The notes under the pieces: generated by a model
Database searches by the model: none
What the model was told of the DNA's origin: nothing
Seen by the model: only the letters and a program-made list of their open reading frames with translations
Origin: Ruditapes philippinarum
Taxonomy: Eukaryota
Direction: 5' to 3'
Assembly (NCBI RefSeq): GCF_026571515.1
Contig: NW_026860107.1
Coordinates: 62,001 to 126,000, forward strand
DNA length: 64,000 bases
Made by a program: the position numbers and the translations under genes
Shown here: positions 14,601 to 26,093 of the stretch, one piece after another
Layout of the letters: each line of letters opens with the position of its first letter
Position numbering within the stretch: the stretch's first letter is position 1

Positions 14601-17075
14601 ATTTTATTACGGAAACTTTCAGAACTATTTACCCACACACTTCTTACTTCTAAGGAAATGTATGGTAAATGTTCCAAGAATATTAAACAAAGTATTATAA
14701 TATGTTGTGTTATTGCCTTTGAATGAGACAAAACTATAAAGGCACTATATATATTTGCATACAAAGCTAGAACTGGTCTGTATTTTGGCATTCTATTAGA
14801 TACCTTATAAAAATGTTTTGTGCGAGTTACATCCTTACTAGAAAGTTTGTTTAAGTTTTCCATTTACTTTTGTCCAGAGGCAATGAATAAGAGAATCATT
14901 CACGTTTGAATATTGAATTCTGCTGAAGCCGATGCTAGGGGCGTGGTCGGAAATCTGCTCTTTCTTCTACCGTTCATGAAAAGGCTCAATCAAACGAGTC
15001 TGCAACATTTCAGTTTTTACGTTTGTTAGTTCTTTAGGGATTCCGTATATCTCTATTTTGATATATGAGCACTTACTGGCTTAACCGAAAACACAACTGC
15101 ATGACAGTTTAATGAACGAAATATGTATTTAGAGAGATTGATGCTATTTTGTTGTAAATGTGCACAAAGTATAATTCCTAAGTGTGTTACTTTATGGGCA
15201 GAGAAATATCGTTTTAATTTCTTGTCTCACATTTAGGTTCAGGCAGAAATAAATGCCTTACTGCTTCAAAAAAAGATTGGTTCTATTGCACTTTACTTAT
15301 TCTATTCTATTTTAAATGTTTGTTAAACGAACCCGGATTTGTCAAAATAATCTTTAAGTGATTGATGTGATTGAGAGTATTTTAACTTTTAACAATAGTG
15401 AACTACGAATACAACATATAAGCAGATGCAATTTTAATACGAGAACATAACACTGATTTAGTAAATAAGAATATCAAAACAGCTAAAAAAACATATGCAT
15501 ATGAAGGTTCCTTTAAATCAGACTGTTGTTGTATCTTTTAAGTGTTTATATACAAAACTACAAACATATCTTTAGAGAATATTTATCAGGTAGAGTTTGT
15601 GAACATATAACTTCAAAAATAATAATATAGGTTTTGACCCGCCTACCAAAATTTTTGATTGAAAGAGCAATGCGCTTGATTTTAAAATTTAAGGATAACA
15701 AATTTTATTTTAACATCTCAAATTTGTGAATGGTTTAGAATTTTATAGCCTTCAAACGGCACAAACAACGCCTTCTTCATCTTTTATGTGTATAATTCCT
15801 TTCAGGACTATTGATTCTTGTACAAATGAGTACTGTGGGTGTTAGGGAGCAAGGAAGTTGCACTCTCATGAACAGACTCAATCTGACTAGTTTACAGTTT
15901 TCACCTTTATTCTTTTGTTATTGCTGTCTCGTGAGATCTCCCCTTTTTTGTCTCTATTCCCCCATTGTGTCATTTGTTTGTTTTTACTGAACGATTTATC
16001 AGACAATGTACAGTTCGTTTTCACTTAACATATTGTATTATTGATTTATTAATTAAGAGGTTGATAAAATGATTATGTGCGTTGACTTCATTTTGTTTAT
16101 GTACAATGCTATACTTAAGTTGTAGTTCGTTAAAGTGAATTTGCCTTTTTTGGAAGTCATGCTATACAATAAGTAATTATGTTCAGAATATTTAGCATCT
16201 TACGTAACAAAAAAAAGGAAAACACACACAGTAGAATTAATGTATGTGTCAGATACATGATCCAATATTTCATAATTATATATAGCAGATAACAAAGTGT
16301 CCTACGGCAAAATATTATTTCAATCATCTGAATGTTGATACTAAATCACTTAGAATGGAACTAGGCCAAAGTATTTTTATTAAAATCTTAATGATACATT
16401 TCTATTGTTTCATCAATATCTGATTCAGAAATATTTATTGAATATGTGCTCATTGTAGACCAATCATCTTTAAACGATACCATATATCCTATGGGATAAT
16501 TTCTTTGCTTGTATTGAAAGTTTTTACAGATAGTTTTACAATAATCGAAAATATTGACAAAAGTCTTATCAGTGACAATATTGAAACGCGTTCCGTTGTT
16601 AATCTGATAAATTACTTGTTAGTTGTATGTGATGTGTCACAATACAAGAAATTCTCATGTGTAAGAAATGTCACAATAAATCAGTATAGCTAGAAATATA
16701 AACAATATAATACATGAATTAATCATGACATAAAACGCAATAAACAAATGTCAAAGCGATACTTTATATTGAGATAGAAGCTGTCAGGACAAAGCTATGC
16801 CTATTTATATAAATATATAGAAGCATACCTGGCATATGAATTACCTTGGTCGGAATCTCAACAGTCATGCTCAAATGGAAATTTTGAAAAAGATTTGGTA
16901 TAACATATTGCATGTGCAACAAATCAAGTGAAATAGCAAACATATTATAGATCACGAAGCAAGAAAAATGTGTGTCTCGCATTTGAAATTCAGAAAAAAA
17001 TTCTATGAAGACAAAGAGTTTTGTAATGCTATGATTGACCAGGTAATCATGACCTTTCATGAAGTGTAAATTCTT

Positions 17076-18080
17076 TATTATTAAACCCCCGAAACGAAGT
17101 TTAGGGGGGGGGTATATAGGAGTCACCCAGTGGTCCGACAGTCGGTCGGTCGGTCCAGCGGTCCTTGTCCGGAGTATAACTTGAAGATGGTTGGAATTCA
17201 ATACAACTTCATACAATGGTCAAACACATTGAGAGAAAGTGCAGTGCTTAAGAACCATAACTCCATCTTATACTAATTACAGAGTTATTGCCCTTTGTTA
17301 CTTTTCCTTGTCCGGAGCATAACTTGAAAATTACTTGTTTGAATTCAAAACAACTTTATACAATGGTCAAGCATAATAAGGGGAAGTGCAGTGCATAAGA
17401 GCCATAACTCTATCTAAAGTAATTACATAATAATTGTCCTTTGTTACTTTTCCATTGCTTTCTTTTGTCCGGACCATAACTTGAAGACTAATGGTTGGAA
17501 TTCAATATAACTTTACAATGGTCAAGCACATTGAGAGGAAGTGCAGTGCACAAGAACTATAGCTCCATCTTGACTAATTATAGAGTAATTGCCTTTTGTT
17601 ACTTTTCCTCGTCCTGAGCATAACTTGAAAAGTACTAGTTGGAATTCAAAACCACTTCATACAATGGTTAAGCACAATAAGAGAAAGTGCAGTGCACAAG
17701 AACCATAACTCTATCTAAAGTAATTACAGAGTTATAGTCCTTTGTTACTTTTCTATTGTTTTTTTTTTGTCCGGAGTATAACTTGAAGACTAATGGTTGG
17801 AATTAAATACAACTTCATACAATGGTCAAGCACAGTGAGAGGAAGTGCAGTGCTCAAGAAGCGTAACACTTTCTGGACTTATTACGGAGTAGTTCAATAT
17901 AACTTCATCAAAGGTCAACCACATTGAAAGGAAATGCAACATACAAGAACCACAACTATCTTTCATTCCCACAACCATAATTCTATTTCATTTTTTACAA
18001 GGTATTCTGTTACTAGTAACTTCCTCATTTCCGAAGCAGTTTTGCGGGGGTATTAATCACATTTAGTGATAGTTCTAGTT
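17076..18080 (+). mobile_element. Non-autonomous Helentron-type (HINE/pearl/DINE-1-like) element with internal satellite array
   Basis: 5' T-rich start with subterminal repeat AAACCCCCG and its nearby inverse, then a (GTCG)n microsatellite at ~17141-17155 and ~5.5 tandem 143-158 bp units at 17164-17950. The 3' end has CGGGGGTAT, the hairpin ATCAC-ATTTA-GTGAT and CTAGTT. Confidence 0.8.
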
Positions 18081-18877
18081 TAAAACATTATGCCGGTACA
18101 CGTCCTTCTTATGATTTAAATAAAGGTTGATACCATATTTTAGCGTTTCCCTTTTAAGCATAGAATGAATGACCAATAGTTACAACTACCGTTATTCATA
18201 AATACTAAAGGTCTATGTTAAAGTATTTTTTTCACATTTGTCATTTGTCACACAGTGTACAAGTTGTATTCTTGAAACTTACCTTTTAGTCAAATAAAAA
18301 GCAATTTCCTTGATGAAAGACTCTCATCGTATAAGTTCATCTCTCTTGTCTTATAGAATAATTAATTTTTACTATGACCTGCTTAATGAATTAATTATTT
18401 GATCAAATAACAACATTGCTGTCGGGTGCATTAACCGAACAAGATGTACAAAGTGATAAACACACATTTCCTTATAGATTAACAGGGACTTTTTAAGCTT
18501 TTTTGTAATAACAATTACATTTTGAACTCACTGGTTTGCTGTTAATGACAAAAATAATGTGGAAAAGCATTCATAACTAATACTTTTAAATATGGAAGAC
18601 AAGGCGTTGTGTTTAATCTAAATTTGCATTATGCGCATACGATTGGCAAAACAACCGTACATTTCATGCATTTGTAAAACTAAATTTCCTGTGTGTGCAA
18701 AGTTGTTGTTTCATTATTCTCTTCTATTCCTGTTAAATGATAATTAAAATTACATTTTAGTCAATGATTTAATGTAAAATTGTCCACAAAGAATATTGCC
18801 TTTCTGAGGATAAAAGTATTATCTCTAAAACAAAAGCCTATCTACCTCTTTTGAATTAATTTGACTTAAAACTGTAT

Positions 18878-19205
18878 AAGGAGGATACTTTTTCGTTTTG
18901 AGAAGATATGCTATATATCACACTGAGAAGTGAGAAAGTTGCAATATTTTGTAGATAAATGTTGATATTTTCTCACTTTGCTGTGTAATATATAGCATTT
19001 TCAGAGAACAAGCAAGTTTTCTTCTTGTTCCTGTTTTATGCCTTATAAGGAACATAAGGGCAATTTGCGACTATTTTCATTAAAGCGCAGGGTAAAACAC
19101 GTCCAAAAGTATGACGTCAGATGTTCAACGGTTACGCAGATGATTCGCAAACAATGATAATTAAAGTTTGAAGTCATTATTGTGGAGTAACTTTCAACAA
19201 TTGTA
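18878..19205. mobile_element. Degenerate palindromic (Crypton-like) non-autonomous element; paralogous copy at ~28398-28710
   Basis: Starts GAGGATA followed by an imperfect ~100 bp hairpin (ATGCTATATATCACAC...GTGTAATATATAGCAT). The family call rests only on structural resemblance. Confidence 0.35.
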
Positions 19206-20834
19206 GAGAAAATAATATTTGAATCAAGAAATATGCCATTTAGAACAAACGCAACATTTGTCTTTTATGTAAACTTACAAAGTTGCGGATCATAAAAATC
19301 AAACCGTACCCCAAAGATAACATGTATTTTATAAAATTAATTATGTTTCTGAATTATATACTGATTTACGACGTGTATAATTGTGTTATCACACTATGTC
19401 ACCATATCAATCGTTTTGAAACTTTGTATTACATTAAATCTTTTATACGCAACACTTATAATAACTTCTTCCCCAGATTAATTTTCTCAAGTAGTTCATT
19501 TCATATAATAACTGTTGTTGCATCTTTACAAATCTAAATTGGTTTACGTGATGGGTTCCACTGATATATGCCTTTCTAGGGGAATTTTCTTATTGAAACG
19601 GTACAAAAATGTCTTGCAGCCCATGACATGGACACCAGTTTTGATCAAATGTTAAATCAAGAAGGAAACGTTTATGAATGAGTGATTGTGATCATAATGA
19701 TTTTTAAAGTTATATGTCTGACTATGGTTGACACCGCCAATTAAATGTGTAGAAAAATAATTCTTTACTTTTCAATAAGAAATTGTGCAGTGACGCTTGT
19801 TCAGAATCTTTTTATTCATAATCAAAAACGAGATTTTTGTCCATTTCGAGAGATTTAATTCATATAGAAACTGGATAATGATGAGCGGTTGATACTGTTT
19901 TACTTTTATCAATTGATTTTTAAATGGAAATTTAAATATATTTACAACTGAAAGGCAAAGTTAGCGGTAGACTAAAGGTAATAGCATAGCTCCTAAAAGA
20001 ATGCGATTTAAGTCAGTTCTTTCAAATGTAAAAGAAATGTAAATACAAGTCATAATGAAGAAAGTTAGTGATACTCGAGGACGAACACCAAACCTGTAAT
20101 TTAGGGGTCAATTTTGTAATACGAACATTTTTCTTCATTATTTTATGTAAGCGATTAAGTCTGAAAGGCAGATAATTATAACTAGTCTAATTGTTTCAAA
20201 AGGATTATTAAAAGCATCAACAGAAGTTATACTATACATTTAATCATGGTTATCCATCAGAATGCGATTGTATTATGAAATTGATATTTATTGAGATATT
20301 TTTGAGCTATTTATGAGATTCTTTTTTTAATTTTTAAAGAAAAGAACTGTTCTATTTAGAAGGACCGAACAGACCGGAAAAGTGTTAAAGCTTATGGTGT
20401 GAATTATTGAAATAAAATATAATTATAGTCATTTTGGGATCAAGGTCCAGTACATGACTGATTTATTTTAGTAGCAGTGTTCTTACTTTATGAATAAAGG
20501 TAAAAAGATGTCATGACCTCTTAAGTTGTCAACAGTCAGTCATGAACAAAAGACAAGATTCGCCATTTAGTCAGATGCAGATATCTATATTGTAAATCAT
20601 ACTGTTTGCAATTTCAAATTGACATGGTATTACTTTTATTCAATAAAACTCCTGTTTTTGAACCATTTAATAATTTTGATACTATGACACAGTTTAATTA
20701 CACCTACACGATATAGGAGGATACCTCTTATCGCTGGCATTACAAATGTATCTAAATATAGATACAAAGACTGTGTATAATCGGCAATTAAGTATGCACA
20801 AGGCCACTGTTAAATAATATTTCACAGTTTGAAG

Positions 20835-22252
20835 ATGCCGCCGATTAACTTCGTTGTTTCCATATTTCTATTTGTCTTCCTCACGGATATATCATGTTCA
20901 GTAATTACAGGAGATACTGAAATTCTGTCGATGATTAAAGAGCTGAAAGACACAGGTATGCAAATTGAATAAGACTTTACAGTAAAGTGGTTCATCAATA
21001 ATATTTAACATTTTTCTTTCCAAATCTTGCACATATCGGTATGCTTTAATCTAAAATAAAGATTCAAAAATGTTATAAGTTTAAGATATAATAACTTTTA
21101 ATTATGAGATATACGTGATCTGAGACCAATTTGTTTTGCCATCTGCAAGAAAAAGAATGCAATCGAAATAAATTATGAAAAAGAAGATTTAAAGATTAAT
21201 TATATAATATCATTTACATCATATATTTCTAGTGACGTCGCATGAGCATGCAATCCGATCATTGAAAGAGCGTGTAGCAGAACAAGAAAATGTTATCATA
21301 ACACTCAAAGACAAAGACAAGCAACAGCAGGATGCTATAAACTATCTCATGAACGAATTGATATTGAAATCAAAACAAAATGAGCTTGCAAACCCTCCAA
21401 AGGAACAAACACTGCGACTAACCAAAGAGCGTAAAGAAACTTCTGACATATCAGACTCATTACGCGATGAAAGGCAATTGAACATTCGGAAGGATGGTGT
21501 AAGATCATCCAAATCCATGTCTGAAATACTATCAAACATTTCAAACAACGCAGGTGAGAACAATGCTTAGCTAACTTTGATACAGAAAGCTGTCAATTTA
21601 AAGTTAAGAGTCATGAAGATTTACAACATCTTCAATATTATCATATTTCTTTAACTATTATATATTTTTGTTGTTACAGCAAAATAATAAAGTTGGTTTT
21701 AAAAAAGTAAAGTAAAAAAAGCTTTAAACAACGTCACAAAAAAAGAATTACAATTGCTAACTTCTGTCAAAAAATTATAGAAGGTATCACATCATTTACA
21801 CTTCAGCATCAAACGATTTGAGGTCCAGCAGACAATCTATACATCCAAACGTCGCTTTCCAGGCAGTACTTAGTACAGCCACACTCAAAAATGTTGGGCT
21901 GCATCAGAAGATTGTGTATGACTCTGTTAACCTAAATCTTGGCGGCAGCTATCATCAACTTTCAGGCATCTTCATTGCCCCTGTTTCCGGCATATATCTG
22001 TTTTGTACGTCTGTATTATCAGAATATCATGCCTATATTGAAGTTGGAATAATAAAAAATGGTAATCAGCTAGCCGGTGCTTATGCAGAATCTGGTGCGC
22101 AATCGTCCTATGACCAAGGCTCTGCTTCTGTTGCCGTGCAATTAAATGTCGGTGACGAAGTGTGGGTTGAAAATCGTTACCCAGCAGACGCAAAAATACA
22201 TGGTCAAGGTTTGCATACAAGTTTTACTGGTGTTCTTGTTGTGCCAATGTGA
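20835..22252 (+). CDS. Secreted coiled-coil C1q domain-containing protein, copy 1 (295 aa)
   Basis: Exons 20835-20955, 21233-21553 and 21807-22252; GT-AG introns, both phase 1; 888 nt total. Hydrophobic signal peptide MPPINFVVSIFLFVFLTDISC, heptad-rich exon 2, and gC1q motifs VAFQA, YDSVNLNLGG.Y...SGIFIAPVSGIYLF, QLNVGDEVWV, TSFTGVLV. AATAAA at 22253. Confidence 0.88.
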
Positions 22253-23897
22253 AATAAAACAATTTGATGATTAAACTTTGTAACTGGTTCTGCATTACGT
22301 TATATCTTACTAAATTGTACATGATATTAAAATATAACGATCAGTTTACATTTATGGTTTATATTGTGTACACATATTAATATCGTTTACAAATTTAATG
22401 TTCCTAAGGGGGATCATATAAATATCACACTACGCTGAGCGAGATGTGGCAAAAGAAACATATGGCATGTTATTTCAACTGAGACGTGAGGGTCATCTGG
22501 TTGTGTAATCATGTGATATAATGAATGATTAATATAGCAAATGAACCACGTGATGTATAACAAAATGTAGTTTCTTATAACTTAAATAAAACTCAATGAT
22601 AGAAAAAAATCTAAGAATTGTTGAAATGGAAAAAACAAACGCAAATTCATCATATGTTTTAAAAAAGTTTATGAATAATAATGTTTAACTTATCAAAATT
22701 AGGCTTTAAACCAGCTCGAGCTTTACTAGTATAATTATAAAAAAATAGTATGAATTGCATTTTAACCCATATTGACGTATCTAAAATATTATTAAACAAA
22801 TTATGAAAATTGAAAATATCAATTACTTTTTCACATAAATAACTGAGTGTACATGAAAAATTCGTTATGTCCATGCGCATGAGTTTACGAAAGAAGAAAA
22901 TTATTGTTGTACACCTTTAGATTAAAATTTAGACACGTATACCATTCTAAACTACTTTTTATCTTAATTAAGAGAGGTCATCGTAATTTTAATATGACCA
23001 ATACAATTTTTATTTATATTCAGTTCTTCCCTGTAAATTTTACAGGAAGTCCAACTGAATTTCGATTGCCTTCTGCCAAATTAAATGTCAAACTTTGACA
23101 AATAAATAGACCATAATGTTATTTTTTTATGTAAGCAAAACAGCCAATAAAAAAGTAACAAAGAAATTTTTCCAAAACAAATTTGCAAAGTTTACTCGGA
23201 TCCACAGAAAGGCTTTTGTATGCACAATGATAAAAGTATTTCGAAATACTAAAACACAAAAGCCCAAAACAAAAAATCTAGATATAAATCACATTTTTAA
23301 AGGGTGGCAAAACGCCTCCTTTATAGTTAAATAATGAAAGACAATAATCATAATTAACCTTCAGGCGACGTTTTCTTAGTATTGTCGTACAGGCCTGTAC
23401 TAATTATGGCGGTATATTCATATTCTAGTTGTTAATTTGTTAACAGGGAATATTTGTTGAGTTAAACATATCTTATAATCTATAGTATCATAGTTTTGGG
23501 GGCCTTTCTGTTGAAAACGTGTAAAGATATACTTAGCTGGAGTGCAGGTATTTAATATCCGCATACCAAAGCATACTCATTTATTGGCTCATTTTTCCTT
23601 GAGGACACTTATTGTGAAGACAGAGATAGAAATATCATAGTCAGCAGCCACTCATTGGTAACTGTTTTTTGGGGTTTCATATTGAGACAACAGGGAACGT
23701 GATTCTATTGTTGTCTATAATACAAAATAATCAAAACTTTCGGGAATCTGATTTATACTCAAGAGGCTACGTCACCTCGTACAAATCACATAGTCTCGTG
23801 TTTCGATGCTATTTCTAATACTTATTTGCTTTTTTTCTTGCTCTATATTAGTGTGTATGTAATAATTGTCAACAAATTAAGGGAGTAAATATACTAG

Positions 23898-25030
23898 TTT
23901 ATTTTATGCTTTTCAGTGGATTACTGATTTATCCGTGAAAATTATATTTGATAATTTCACAGTGAAAATTATCAAAATATAATTTCACACTTTTCGATGA
24001 CGAAACTACTTTTTTAAGATTTTCCCCATGTGATACCTCAATTTTATTTTTGCTGACAATTCTGACAATGTCAGGCTGTGTAAAGAAAAACAAAGCTGAA
24101 ATTGATAAATAACTTAAATGTCAAAAGTAATAAAAAGAAGAAAACTTACTTCTATTCATTCAAATTCCAATCACCAAATTTCGTCTCTAATTTTTTTTGT
24201 TTGATTTTTACAGTCTGAAAAATACATTCCTTCCCCATGCAAAACTGCTCTTGATGACATTTGGGCATAATAAAGTATCCTACGAGCAATAACTGCCGTA
24301 TGCTTTATGAAAAGTTGAAAAGCAATGACAGCCATCACTCGAAAAATAAGTAAAACAACCCAGCGTTCCTGTCCTGAGCAAGCTTCCAAGTTTTCCATAT
24401 TCCTAGCTCCTTTTTTGAATGTTTTCACATCTTTCAACACTTATTTTTTGTCTGTTACAATCCTCAAATAAGTTTTCTTTCTTTCAAAAAGATGTATGAC
24501 TAACAAATCCAAATTATATCCCTCTGAATCTTACACAATTATTTTCCTCCCATGAAATACACAACTTTAAAAAATGGCTGCCGTTTACATTTTACAAAGC
24601 CAGGTCTATTGTAATTCGCAGTAAGTAACAGAAATATGTATGGATGGTTGGACTTTTTCTCCTACAAGAATTGGTTGTTTTTATTATTAAAACAAGCGAT
24701 CATTCATATTTCTTTAATAAAATGAATAAATATCAACGTAATTTAACATTGATTGGCGGACTTATTTTTCAGCTCAAGACTTCTTGTTTTTAATGAGAAA
24801 TTCCGACTAAATGGGGCTCTCAATGGGGAAAACAGATTTTAATATTAACGTTAAAATTATGGAAATTTCGTTTTTACTTGTTTTTAAGCATAAAATAAAA
24901 AGAAAATTTGTTTGTTTGCTGTGTAAGATGTAATTTTATTTCATCTCGTGAACTTTATAAAACAGTATTTTTAAAGCCCACTCGATGAAATAAAATTTCA
25001 TCTTACACACAAACAAACAAATATCCTCTA
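23898..25030 (-). mobile_element. Copy-1-specific insertion, Crypton-like non-autonomous element with subterminal hairpins
   Basis: Absent from the paralogous sites (~37780, ~55825). Hairpins at 23935-23988 and 24905-25023; minus-strand start TAGAGGATATTTG; no TIR. A decayed coding relic lies at 24171-24440(-). Confidence 0.55.
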
Positions 25031-25888
25031 TATATTTTGTTGGGAATTAATGACCATAATTATATCAGACATATCTGAAGTTTGCCTTTCATATATAATT
25101 AATAAAGAACTGTATTGTAATGGTTGATATTTAAAATTACTCGTGCTATAGAATTAAACATATAATGGAATTTGGGGGAAATGAAAAGTATGACCGCAAT
25201 TTACTGAAATACAGATTTACATTGCAGAGGCTTTATTCAAAATTAATTATGTATTATTAGTAACGTTGTAAACTTATGACATCCGAGACAATCGCAATAT
25301 CAAATCAAATAATATACCACGCATTTCTTATCTTTCATTCCATGATCTGGGTTATAAGGGAAGTCTCACGACTGAATGACAAAAACACAATCCTACGATT
25401 ACTCCCTGTTTAGCATCTAAATTGAAAGACAAGACATCAGGGATTGGTCGGTATTTAATCATCGATATCGTGACAAGAATCTGAACAATATATTTTCACA
25501 AATTAACAATATTATGGTGTTATTTTTATATAATTTTGCTATGCATAGAATAGAGATTTTGACAATAGAGTGTTTAAGATGATAATTAACTATCGCCATA
25601 CGTTTCACCATCAATGCAAGTACGTATATATACTTTACAAACTGTAGATAACAAAAAGTATTCTTAATGCATTACGCACTTATACTGTATGGCATTATAA
25701 TGTCGTCGGTTGCTTTCTATCTTGTATTTATTTTTTCTAAAAAAAGTCTAGTATTATTATATATATGGTCCTTCTCTCATTTTGTGTGGGCGATGATAAG
25801 GACCTTGTACTTAAAGTTTGAAATTAAACACTCAACAACAGAAAAGCTAGTAAATACAAAATAACATTTCAAAGTAAGAAATATCGGT

Positions 25889-26093
25889 ACTAGAGATACG
25901 AATCTTCTGACATACGATGTAGGTGAGAAAAAGTACACATTTAATGTTTAAAGTCAATTTCTGATGCAAAAAAGAGGTTAAAGTCAAATAACATTTCACT
26001 GCCCCAAACAACTTCAAAAGTTTTCTGAATTGGGACGCCGACGCCGTGGTAAGTAGAAAATATCTCCATATACTTAGTATAGTTGAGTAAAAA
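25889..26093 (-). mobile_element. Short degenerate Helentron-type element; paralogous copy at ~56706-56908
   Basis: The minus strand starts TTTTTACTCAACTATACTAAGTATATGGAG..., contains GGCGTCGGCGTC and ends CTCTAGT. Confidence 0.4.

Noticed and set aside
14489-14863. 124 aa minus-strand ORF
   Set aside because: No recognisable motif, an AT-rich low-complexity tail, and no supporting splice partners.
16764-17216. 150 aa minus-strand ORF
   Set aside because: It spans the junction between the Helentron-type element and spacer DNA; paralogous spacers do not keep the frame.
17164-17950. Regular repeats resembling a CRISPR array
   Set aside because: These are contiguous 143-158 bp monomers without unique spacers, in eukaryotic context with no cas genes.
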